Shown in pieces: positions 21,281-30,836 of a stretch of DNA of 36,506 nucleotides. The notes under the pieces are model-generated. The model was not told the origin of the DNA and did no database searches. It was given only the letters and a program-made list of their open reading frames with translations. Numbering within the stretch: the stretch's first letter is position 1; each line of letters begins with the position of its first letter. The position numbers were made by a program, and so were the translations under genes. This DNA is from Clostridiaceae bacterium (GTDB taxonomy: Bacteria; Bacillota; Clostridia; Saccharofermentanales; UBA5734). The DNA is taken from assembly GCA_012519875.1 (NCBI GenBank), contig JAAYPL010000079.1, positions 1 to 36,506 of the forward strand. Reading direction: 5' to 3'.

Positions 21281-22422
21281 TTGACGAGCCCTCCTGATTG
21301 ATGGCGTTTGTACCAATCCTCTAGGATAATCCCTGAGCCGGCATCTGCCTGAACAAGGCAGATTTCGTTGATCTGACGTTTTCCGGTTGGCAGGCGATCA
21401 ACATGGATCAGGATATCGATCGCCGATCCGATCATGCCTTGCACGGCCGGCCAAGGCAGCTGTACGGCCAGCAAGATCATCAAAGCCAGGCGGTCGATCA
21501 TATCTTGGCAGGAATTTCCGTGACCGGTGCAAAGAGAGCCGGGATGGCCGGTATTCATGGCCTGAAGCATATCATAGGCTTCGCGGCCACGTACTTCGCC
21601 GACAATAATACGATCCGGCCGTAAACGAAGCGATGCCCGAACCAGATCTGTCAGATCGATGGCGCCGTCTCCGTCCGGTCCCGGTTGACGTGCTTCCAGC
21701 CTGACCAAATTGTCAAGACCTTGCAGGTTGAGTTCGGCGGCATCTTCGATCGTGACGACCCGCTCTTGAGAAGGGATAAAGCCGGATAAGATATTCAGCA
21801 AAGTCGTTTTCCCCGACCCGGTACCCCCGCAAATAAAAATGCTTTTGCGCTCCCGGACCGCTTGAACCAAGTCCTCGGCTGCTTCTTCGGAAAGAAAGTC
21901 ACTGTCGATCAAAGCCGCTATGTCCGGGCGAATGCCGGTGAATTTCCGAATGGTCAAGACCGGCCCATCAGGGGCGGCGGGAGGAAGCGCAGCGTGGACG
22001 CGTGCACCGCTCGCAAGACGCATATCCGCCAATGGCTTTTTTTCGTGTATAAGCCGATTGGCGCAGCCGAAAAAATTGGTGATTACACCGGCCAGATGCT
22101 CGCGGTCATGGAATTTGATATCAACCGGTTCCAAACATCCGTTGATTTCAACAAATACTTTTTCCGGCCCATTAACCATAATTTCGGTGATTTGCGGATT
22201 GTCCATCAGCGGTTGCAAAACATCCAGTCCGCGCATGGCATGAAAAAGCTGATCGACAACACTTTTGCGCTCCTGAACGGTCAGCCTTGAGCCGGAGAAT
22301 TCTTCAGCAACCGCAACAAAGATGGCTCTCCTGACTGATTCGTCGTCATGTTCGAAAGCCTTTCCGGTTCGATTGACGATCTGATGGATCAGACGTTGGC
22401 GCATTGGATAATCAAGTTGCAT
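21217..22422 (-). CDS. cpaF: CpaF/TadA-family pilus assembly ATPase
   Basis: The start is set at the ATG at 22422, which follows GGAG. It has Walker A (GGTGSGKTTLLN), VVTIEDAAEL, the Asp/His boxes (RLRPDRIIVGEVRG, NTGHPGS) and ITEIMVNGP. Confidence 0.9.
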   Translation of the reverse strand: MQLDYPMRQRLIHQIVNRTGKAFEHDDESVRRAIFVAVAEEFSGSRLTVQERKSVVDQLFHAMRGLDVLQPLMDNPQITEIMVNGPEKVFVEINGCLEPVDIKFHDREHLAGVITNFFGCANRLIHEKKPLADMRLASGARVHAALPPAAPDGPVLTIRKFTGIRPDIAALIDSDFLSEEAAEDLVQAVRERKSIFICGGTGSGKTTLLNILSGFIPSQERVVTIEDAAELNLQGLDNLVRLEARQPGPDGDGAIDLTDLVRASLRLRPDRIIVGEVRGREAYDMLQAMNTGHPGSLCTGHGNSCQDMIDRLALMILLAVQLPWPAVQGMIGSAIDILIHVDRLPTGKRQINEICLVQADAGSGIILEDWYKRHQSGGLVKCKNESYDRNKALQKSSVSPV

Positions 22423-23371
22423 AATTGTCTCCGATGCTTTTTTGAATGCCGATGATTCGTGTCGAAGGCGGCAGATCCGCAATCAGGCGAGAAACTTCAC
22501 TGCAGGCGCTCTTTGCAGCAAAATTTTCCTGATCCAGCATGATGATTTCACAAATATCACAAAGGACCGCGATTACGGATAATGAGGCAAAAGGCAGACC
22601 TGCGCAGTCAACCAAAGCTGTCATTCGTCCGTTGGCTGAAGCAACATAGTTACGGACCAATATCATCAGCCGGCGCAGGGTATCCGTGTCACAGGCGATG
22701 AGATCATCTGAGCGGTCCGGTGGTCGAAACTGGAGGATTCCCAGGGGGCTTGGTTGTAGATAATGTCCCAGGTCAATGTCCGGCATCCCGTCACACGCCA
22801 AGTGCATCAGCAAATCGGACAAATTGTTTCCGGTTCCGGCAGAACAGATCAGCTGCATCAAATAAGTCGGCATGATAGGTAGGTAAATCACCTGTTGTTC
22901 CTCTGTCAGCATTTTTCCCAACCGACTTTTGCTTGTTTCGGCAGAGTATCCGGAAGGCCCGGCGCAAAACAGAAAATGAACGCCGGCTTGACATTTCGTT
23001 CCGGCTTGTTCTGATTTGACTGTTTTCTGCCAATGCAGAATAGTTTTGACAAAATCGCTGACCGGTTGATGCCTCCAGACGACGGCTTCTGAGGTCAACG
23101 GGTCATTTTCCCCTTCTTTCGGCTGACAGCTGATCAATGGTGCGATCGGATGACAGATAGCCGGCGAAAGCCGGTTGATCGTATCGGCGAGCTGAGGGAA
23201 ATCAGCTTGGTTGTAATAAACCAGGCGTGTTTTTTCTGATTTGGCCAGCTCGGATACAAGATCACCTTGAGTTTGACAGCCGATGATTTCCAGCTCCGGC
23301 AACCGACCCCTCAATTGATCGGATAAATTATCCAGATAAGCTTTTTCGGCGTCGACCAGTATAACCTGCAT
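22412..23371 (-). CDS. TadZ/CpaE-like protein with a receiver-like N-terminus and a degenerate P-loop (assignment tentative)
   Basis: 319-aa ORF with GGAGGAGG upstream, first gene of the operon in the position TadZ normally occupies. The N-terminal MQVILVDAE...LVYYNQADFP is receiver-like but has Asn where the phospho-Asp is expected. The central FLFCAGPSGYSAETSKS replaces the MinD/ParA KGGxGK[ST] Walker A. Confidence 0.5.
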   Translation of the reverse strand: MQVILVDAEKAYLDNLSDQLRGRLPELEIIGCQTQGDLVSELAKSEKTRLVYYNQADFPQLADTINRLSPAICHPIAPLISCQPKEGENDPLTSEAVVWRHQPVSDFVKTILHWQKTVKSEQAGTKCQAGVHFLFCAGPSGYSAETSKSRLGKMLTEEQQVIYLPIMPTYLMQLICSAGTGNNLSDLLMHLACDGMPDIDLGHYLQPSPLGILQFRPPDRSDDLIACDTDTLRRLMILVRNYVASANGRMTALVDCAGLPFASLSVIAVLCDICEIIMLDQENFAAKSACSEVSRLIADLPPSTRIIGIQKSIGDNYAT

Positions 23372-23489
23372 ATTTACACCTCCTCCGGTCTTCTATACTA
23401 AAGCCGGCCGACATGATCCGCCCCTTGATTGATCCGGCAAAACCCAACAATTCGTTTGCCATGGTGTGGACGCAAAGTGGCCTCTCGTC

Positions 23490-23518
23490 TTGCAATTGCT
23501 TTTGCCGCGTGCTATCAT
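23490..23518 (+). promoter_or_regulatory. Putative sigma-A promoter for the SAM riboswitch-metK transcript (TTGCAA-17-TATCAT)
   Basis: TTGCAA at 23490..23495, a 17-nt spacer, TATCAT at 23513..23518, about 40 nt upstream of riboswitch helix P1. Confidence 0.5.
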
Positions 23519-23560
23519 TTGCTTGCCCGATAAGGGGCGAAAAGATAATATTTAATCATC

Positions 23561-23657
23561 TCTTATCCAGAGTGGCGGAGGGACTGGCCCTTTGAAGCCC
23601 GGCAACCGCGGTCATGCAGCGGTGCCAATTCCAGCAGGTGAAACCTGGCAGATGAGG
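23561..23657 (+). promoter_or_regulatory. SAM-I (S-box) riboswitch aptamer
   Basis: TCTTATCCAGAGTGGCGGAGGGACTGGCCCTTTGAAGCCCGGCAACC...GGTGCCAATTCCAGCAG...GGCAGATGAGG matches the S-box core (UCUUAUCaAGAG.GG.GGAGGGA.UGGCCC..UGAA.CC.GCAACC...GGUGC.AAUUCC). P1 pairs 23561..23567 with 23651..23657. It is located upstream of metK. Confidence 0.9.
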
Positions 23658-23675
23658 TTTGCTTTTTTAGGCCTG

Positions 23676-23698
23676 CCTCTTCTCGGAAGAGGTTTTTT
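23676..23698 (+). terminator. Riboswitch expression-platform terminator
   Basis: CCTCTTC-tcg-GAAGAGG followed by TTTTTT. The 5' arm CCTCTTC can alternatively pair with the P1 3' strand GATGAGG (one mismatch), giving the usual antiterminator logic. Confidence 0.7.
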
Positions 23699-23719
23699 GA
23701 TTGACAAGGGAGTGTATAT

Positions 23720-24899
<1,180 letters not shown>

Positions 24900-24916
<17 letters not shown>

Positions 24917-27194
24917 TCCACGTCAGATCAGTTTCGATCCGTCGCAAAGCCGCCGGAGTTCGACCTCTGTTGAGGGTGTCGTCGAGACCATTATTTTTCG
25001 AAACAAAACAAACGGTTATTCCGTTATCGCCCTGTCAGGGGACAGTGATGTGGTTGCGGTGGGGATTTTACCGTATTTATCGGAGGGAGAATCGGTTCGC
25101 CTGTTCGGTGGCTGGGCCGAGCATCCGGACTACGGCTTTCAGTTTCAGGTCGAACATTACGAGGTTGTGGCTCCCAACAGCAGTGAAAGCATCCTGCAGT
25201 ATTTAAAATCAGGCATCATCAAAGGCATTGGTGAAAAAACCGCGGAAAAACTGGTTGGCGAGTTCGGCGACGAAACCCTGAATATCCTGCGCGATCACCC
25301 TGAACGGGTTAAGAAAATCAAAGGTATCGGAGCGAAAAAAGCTCGCCGGATATCGGAACAGATATTGGAAAAGCAAGAATACCAAGGCCTTGTACTTTAT
25401 TTATCGCCGCTGGGCATCGGCCTCGGGAAAATCCTCCGCATTTATCGTCAATTTGGTGCCCAGGCTCTGTCGTTGGTTTTGGAAAATCCATATCGGTTGG
25501 CTGATGAAATATATGGGATCGGTTTTTCCACCGCCGATGCCCTGGCTCAAAAAATGGGCCTGGATCCCAAGTCTCCCCACCGGGTGGTCAGCGCCTTGAA
25601 ATATTTGCTGCATCAGGCGGCTGCGCAGGGACATACCTGTTTGCCCCTTGGTCAGTTGTTGGCCGGTGCATCGAAACTTCTGCAAGATACCATAACGGCT
25701 GACCATCCGGCCGTGGCCGTTTTGCTGGAGGACCCGCAGGTCAAGCGGGTGGAGGATGCCGATGCACCCTCGCCGATAATTGCCCTCAGTAGCCTTTATC
25801 ACAGCGAAAAAGCAGCAGCGGAGCGTTTGCGTGTCCTGATTGAAAGCGCGCCTTCTCGGTTCGGGGATTTAATGCGGACCGCCGAAGCCGACCAACTGAT
25901 TCAACGCAATGCCCGTGATATAGGCATGACTTTGGCTCCCGAGCAACAAAAGGCGTTGTTATCTGCTCTGCAAAATCAGGTTCTTGTCCTGACCGGAGGA
26001 CCCGGTACCGGCAAGACAACCATCACCAGGCTGTTGTGTTCCTGTCTGAACAGCCTGGGAGGCAAAGTTCTGTTGGCTGCGCCGACCGGCCGGGCGGCCA
26101 GGCGAATGACAGAAGCCACCGGCGTTCAGGCCAGGACACTGCACCGTCTCTTGGAAATCCAATATGTGCCCGATGAGAATCGTATGGATTATCAGGCCGG
26201 ACTTAAACCAAAGGCCATGTTATCCTGCGATCTCTTAATCGTTGACGAAGCCTCGATGATCGATGCCGTCCTGTTTCGTAGTTTGCTGGATGCGATCGTA
26301 CCGGGCACACGTCTGGTGTTGATAGGCGATGCCGATCAACTGCCATCTGTCGGTCCCGGCTATGTCCTCAAGGACCTGATCGACAGCGGCCGGATCCCGA
26401 CCGTGCGCCTGACCCAGGTTTTCCGTCAAAGCAATCAAAGTCTGATTATTCGCAATGCGCACCGGATCCATGCAGGTCATTTGCCGGAGCTTGACCAGAC
26501 CTTTGACAGCCAGTTTCTCTGGATTGTCAAGGAATCGGCAGAGGCTGTTGCTCAAGCGGTGGTTAAACTCTACCGTGAGATCCTGCCTGAAAAATATGGG
26601 TTGGATCCCTTACGAGATGTGCAGGTTTTGACGCCCTCCCGCAAAGGAGCCGCAGGAACCGGACAGCTCAATCAGCAACTTCAGCAAGCGATGCAGCAAG
26701 CCTCCTCGGATCAGGATTCGGGCATTCATGCCCACGGCAGCCGCTTTTTACCGGGAGATAAAGTCATGCAGATTCGAAACAGCTATGATATGAGCTGGAT
26801 TATTCAATCTGATCCTGCAAAAACCGGTTCCGGTGTCTTTAACGGCGAAACCGGAACCATTTTATCGGTTGAACCGGAAGAGAACACGCTGGAGGCTTTG
26901 TTCGACGACGATCGATTGATCCTTTATGATCAAGCAACACTCGAAGATCTTGATCTGGCATATGCCATTACCATTCATAAAAGTCAGGGCAGCGAATATC
27001 CGGTGGTTATTTTGGCGGTTCCGCCGGGTGCTCCGCAGTTGTTGACGCGCAATCTCCTCTATACGGCCGTGACCCGTGCCTGGCAAAAATTGCTGCTGGT
27101 TGCCTCGCGAAGAACAATTGCCGGCATGGTGGCCAATGATCGCGCTTACACAAGGCATACACTTCTAAAAGGATTCTTATCGACACCAAATTGA
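24900..27194 (+). CDS. recD2: SF1B ATP-dependent RecD2-like DNA helicase
   Basis: 764-aa ORF. It has HhH-like [17 protein letters not shown], Walker A (GGPGTGKTT), [22 protein letters not shown] and the C-terminal [13 protein letters not shown]...LLYTAVTRA. Confidence 0.9.
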
Positions 27195-27204
27195 GGAAGA
27201 CCAT

Positions 27205-28014
27205 ATGAAGTTTATGGACGGCAATAAGGTTGTCCGGGCCGGTCTGGCAGCTCTCTATCCGCCTCGATGTGCCTGCTGCAACCGTGTCCTGATGCATCAA
27301 TCAAATCTGTCCGGCTTTTGCCGTGGTTGCTTGCCCCGGATTCCCTTCCGAACCCGCTCTCAAGCTCTGCTCGGTTGGTCGGATTTCGGGCCGGCCGGAT
27401 ACGGCAGGTCTTATCCGGTTGTTTGCGCAACGTGGTATCGTGATCCGATCCGGCAAATGTTGCTCAAATTGAAATTTGGTGATGCACCGGATCTTGCCCA
27501 TGCCTTAGCCGGAATTCTGCTTTATGGCTGGAACAGATTCGGGATTGATTGCCGCGGGGTGGTTGCTGTCCCTCTTCATCAAACACGTGAGCGTGAAAGG
27601 GGGTACAATCAGGCAGGTTTGATCGCCGCGGCTTTTGCAAAACAGATTGATCGACCGGATTGGTCACAATACCTCATTCGCAACCGAATAACCGAAAGAC
27701 AAAGCAGTCTTACGGCCCGGGAGGAGAGGCAAGCCAATCTGAGCGGCGCCTTCAGCCTGACCTTGCCCGGGAAGCGGTTTGAGCGAATAGGAGGCGATGA
27801 TGCAAGGCCTGTCGTACTGATCGACGATGTACTCACCACGGGTGCAACATTAACCGAGGCCGCGATTCCTTTCTGGCGCAATAATATCCCGGTTGCAGGT
27901 CTGGTGGCTTCGTCCGATAAACAGACGCAAAGCCGGCTGATCGGAAGAAATATCGGTCGCCGGCTTGCTTTGCAGGAGACGCGCGGATTCGGTTCAACCC
28001 TGAACCGCCCTTGA
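27205..28014 (+). CDS. comFC: ComF family protein (ComFC-like phosphoribosyltransferase-fold competence protein)
   Basis: 269-aa ORF. It has N-terminal Cys pairs (CACC...CRGC), RERGYNQA and the PRTase motif VVLIDDVLTTGATL. Confidence 0.85.
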   Translation: MKFMDGNKVVRAGLAALYPPRCACCNRVLMHQSNLSGFCRGCLPRIPFRTRSQALLGWSDFGPAGYGRSYPVVCATWYRDPIRQMLLKLKFGDAPDLAHALAGILLYGWNRFGIDCRGVVAVPLHQTRERERGYNQAGLIAAAFAKQIDRPDWSQYLIRNRITERQSSLTAREERQANLSGAFSLTLPGKRFERIGGDDARPVVLIDDVLTTGATLTEAAIPFWRNNIPVAGLVASSDKQTQSRLIGRNIGRRLALQETRGFGSTLNRP

Positions 28015-28039
28015 GAAATTAACCGAAAAGGGATATACT
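28011..28039 (+). promoter_or_regulatory. Putative sigma-A promoter inside or just after the comFC stop (TTGAGA-17-TATACT)
   Basis: TTGAGA at 28011..28016, a 17-nt spacer, TATACT at 28034..28039. It would start a transcript near 28046. Confidence 0.4.
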
Positions 28040-28045
28040 GGTGTT

Positions 28046-28200
28046 GCCTGGAATGTTCGCTGCCTCTGTTTTTGAACCTTCATGACATTAACGGGAGCTC
28101 GGGTCAGATGGAATACGGTCATATCTCCGGACTTCGGTTCGACAGAGAAAGGCCAAAGGCCACTGCAGGGCACCCACCTAGTATATAACGCTAGGTGTCA
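28046..28200 (+). ncRNA. Candidate structured RNA (unclassified; either a stand-alone sRNA or a long cysE leader)
   Basis: No ORF of 60 aa or more. A long-range helix pairs CTCTG/GAACC (28064..28068, 28074..28078) with GGTTC/CAGAG (28136..28140, 28143..28147). An inner helix pairs ATGAC (28082..28086) with GTCAT (28118..28122). A perfect 7-bp hairpin pairs CACCTAG (28175..28181) with CTAGGTG (28191..28197). It is preceded by the promoter at 28011..28039. The boundaries are guesses. Confidence 0.3.
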
Positions 28201-28227
28201 AAAAGAGGGGGCGGCATTTCGGGTTTT

Positions 28228-28236
28228 CTGTTATAA
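28228..28236 (+). promoter_or_regulatory. Possible extended -10 promoter (TGTTATAAT) for cysE
   Basis: TGTTATAAT lies about 48 nt upstream of the cysE ATG. The -35 is poor. Confidence 0.35.
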
Positions 28237-28284
28237 TATCCCGATAATGAACTGAAAGATTGAGGGAGAGAGGGCAACGGTCGT

Positions 28285-29016
28285 ATGGGCCTTTACGCAG
28301 ATGCCAAATCCATCGCAGAACGTGATCCGGCAGCCAAGGGGATTTGGCAGGTCATTCTGCTTTATCCGGGGTTTCACGTCCTGATCAGCCATCGGTTGGC
28401 CAACTGGTTTTACCGCCGGCGCTTATTTTTTATTGCTCGCATGATTTCCCAGATCGCCCGGTTTTTTACGGCAATCGAGATCCATCCCGGGGCAAAAATC
28501 GGCCAGAAACTTTTCATTGACCACGGCGCGGGTGTCGTCATCGGTGAGACGGCGGAAATTGGTGACTACTGTACGATCTATCACAATGTGACCCTTGGCG
28601 GAACCGGAAAAGAAAAGGGGAAACGACATCCGACTCTGGGCGATAATGTCCTGATCGGTGCCGGAGCCAAGATCCTCGGCCCGTTTCGTATTGGCGATAA
28701 TGTGACGGTCGGAGCCAACGCGGTTGTTTTGGGAGAGGTTCCGGACGGGGCCACGGTTGTCGGTGTTCCGGGTCGTATTACCCGGCTGCAGGATGCAACT
28801 GTCCGACGCAGCGTTGAGCTGGATCACGTCAATGTCCCGGATCCGCTGGAGCAAGAGCTGTGCGTGCTTTTCAGCCGGATTTCCAGGCTGGAGCAGTCTT
28901 TGGGGATCCAACCGGAACAACGAGCCGCTGCGAAAAAAATCCACCCTGAAGCTAAAATTGACGGTGAGAATTTGTTTGAGAAAAATTCAGATATGACCGA
29001 GGAGCCTGAACCATGA
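28285..29016 (+). CDS. cysE: Serine O-acetyltransferase
   Basis: 243-aa [19 protein letters not shown], the hexapeptide repeats [25 protein letters not shown] and [21 protein letters not shown] are CysE signatures. Confidence 0.92.
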   Translation: MGLYADAKSIAERDPAAKGIWQVILLYPGFHVLISHRLANWFYRRRLFFIARMISQIARFFTAIEIHPGAKIGQKLFIDHGAGVVIGETAEIGDYCTIYHNVTLGGTGKEKGKRHPTLGDNVLIGAGAKILGPFRIGDNVTVGANAVVLGEVPDGATVVGVPGRITRLQDATVRRSVELDHVNVPDPLEQELCVLFSRISRLEQSLGIQPEQRAAAKKIHPEAKIDGENLFEKNSDMTEEPEP

Positions 29017-30429
29017 GAATCTATAATACGCAAACCCGTGAGAAGGAGCCCTTTGCACCGCTTGAATCCGGCCATGTTAAAATTTATGTTTGCGGACCGA
29101 CGGTTTACAATTATTTTCATTTAGGTAATGCGCGTCCCTTTATTACCTACGATACATTGCGCCGTTATCTTGAATATCGTGGATATCGCGTGACTTACGT
29201 GCAAAATTTTACCGATATCGACGACAAGATGATCAATCAGGCAAACGAGGACGGCATCACCATCCGTGAGCTGGCGGATCGCTTTATCAAAGAATATTTT
29301 GTCGATGCCGATCAACTCAATATCCGGCGAGCCACCCACCATCCACTGGCCACCGAAAGCATGCCGGTTATTTTAGATATGATCGGTCGTCTGATGGACA
29401 AAGGTTTTGCCTATGAAGCTGACGATGGTGTCTATTTTGATGTGGCCAGGATGCCGGATTACGGCAAGCTTTCCGGTCACAATCTCGATGAATTAGCCAG
29501 TGGCGGCAGTGAGCGGACGGGTCGGGAGTCCGGAAAACGCAACAACCTGGATTTTGCTCTTTGGAAAAAACGCAAACCGGAAGAACCTTTTTGGCCGAGT
29601 CCTTGGGGGGATGGCCGACCCGGATGGCATATCGAGTGTTCCGCAATGGTTTTGGAATACCTGGGTGAAACCATTGACATCCACGGTGGTGGGCAGGATT
29701 TGGTTTTTCCCCATCATGAGAACGAAATCGCCCAGAGTGAAAGCGCCAATGGCAAGCCTTTTGTGCGCTTTTGGATGCACAATGGATTCGTTAACATCGA
29801 TCAGGAAAAAATGTCCAAATCCGCCGGCAATTTCTTTACCGTGCGTGACCTGGCTCAACACTATGATTATCTTGTGCTGCGTTTCTTCATGCTCGGCGCC
29901 CACTACCGCATGCCGATTAATTTCTCGGCGGAGTTGTTGACGGCTGCCCGGAATGGCTGGAACCGAATCCAAACCAGCTTGAGCAATCTGGAATTTCTGG
30001 CCGACAAAGCGCCGGGCAACCGATGACCCGAAGGCCCTGCAGGCGGCCCGCGAGCTGGAAACCGCGCGCAGCAATTGCAAACAGGCGTTTATTGCAGCCA
30101 TGGACGATGATCTGAATACGGCGGATGCGCTGGCTGCGATTTTTGAACTTGTTCGGGCGGCGAACACCGCAACCACAGTTTCCGGATTGGATGCGGGTTC
30201 TATTCGTGAGACCAGGTTTTTGCTGGATGAACTCCTTGACGTTCTGGGCTTGCAAAAAGGCCAGAAGGAAGAAGAAATACCTGACGAAATTTTGAAACTT
30301 GTCGCTGAACGAACAGAGGCCAAAAAAAATAAGGATTTCAGTCGTGCGGATGCGATCCGGTCGGAAATACAAGAACGTGGCTTTGTACTGATGGATACGG
30401 CGCAAGGCCCAAGGATCAGCAAAGGGTGA
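29013..30429 (+). pseudogene. cysS: Cysteine--tRNA ligase interrupted by an apparent +1 frame change near 30010..30026 (a genuine frameshift or a sequencing indel)
   Basis: ORF 29013..30026 encodes the catalytic core ([19 protein letters not shown] motif, KMSKS, WHIECS). ORF 30100..30429, in frame +1, encodes the C-terminal AMDDDLNTADALAAIFELVR domain. Frame +1 is open from 29983 and reads ..[30 protein letters not shown].., so a single 1-nt shift rejoins a normal-length CysS. Confidence 0.85.
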
Positions 30430-30836
30430 CGGAGTTTATGTACACCGGTGATCTACGTGAAGTACCGATCTCGGTCTTGGCATACATCGGTGATGCGGTA
30501 TACGAATTGCGGATCCGGTTGCATTTGTGCCAAAAAAGCAATGCCAAATCGGGCGCATTGCATCGTGAAACCATCAAATGGGTTCGTGCGGCGGCCCAGG
30601 CAGCAGCTGTCGATCGCCTATTGCCCCTGCTGAGCGAAGCCGAAACCATGATCTATCGAAGGGGGCGCAACAGTCAACCAAGCAGTATCCCCAAGAATGC
30701 CGATCCGGCCGACTATATGGCCGCCACCGGCTTTGAGGCGGTTATCGGTTATCTGTATCTTAAGGGTGATCAAGATCGTTTGGACCACTTGCTGGAAGAA
30801 ATTCTGGAGGACAGCATCGATGAAGCAAAATCCTGA
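30426..30836 (+). CDS. mrnC: Mini-ribonuclease 3
   Basis: 136-aa ORF with a GTGA overlap on the cysS stop; an ATG at 30438 is an alternative start. LAYIGDAVYELRIR and ATGFEAVIGYLYL are Mini-III motifs. The position after cysS matches Bacillus. Confidence 0.88.
   Translation: MTEFMYTGDLREVPISVLAYIGDAVYELRIRLHLCQKSNAKSGALHRETIKWVRAAAQAAAVDRLLPLLSEAETMIYRRGRNSQPSSIPKNADPADYMAATGFEAVIGYLYLKGDQDRLDHLLEEILEDSIDEAKS

Noticed and set aside
28015-28284. A T-box leader, which would be expected upstream of cysE-cysS in many Firmicutes.
   Set aside because: I could not find the T-box core (..GGGUGGNACCGCG..) on the + strand, nor a terminator/antiterminator pair before cysE. The only GGTGGGTGCC-like string is on the wrong strand. 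A formal covariance-model scan should still be run.
30018-30030. A prfB-style programmed +1 frameshift at CGA-TGA-C in cysS.
   Set aside because: The UGA-C context fits. However, the P-site codon CGA cannot re-pair in the +1 frame (GAU), and there is no strong SD-like stimulator 3 nt upstream. A sequencing indel is the simpler explanation, and this is kept only as a caveat in the cysS finding.
29493-30422. Long antisense ORFs: 309 aa opposite cysS, 262 aa at 17657..18445 opposite atpD/atpC, 232 aa at 15690..16388 opposite atpG, and 208 aa at 14123..14749 opposite atpA.
   Set aside because: Each lies entirely opposite a gene with strong, unambiguous homology. Their products are Arg/Ser/Gly-rich with low complexity. 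They lack RBSs. They are typical frame shadows in moderately GC-rich coding DNA.
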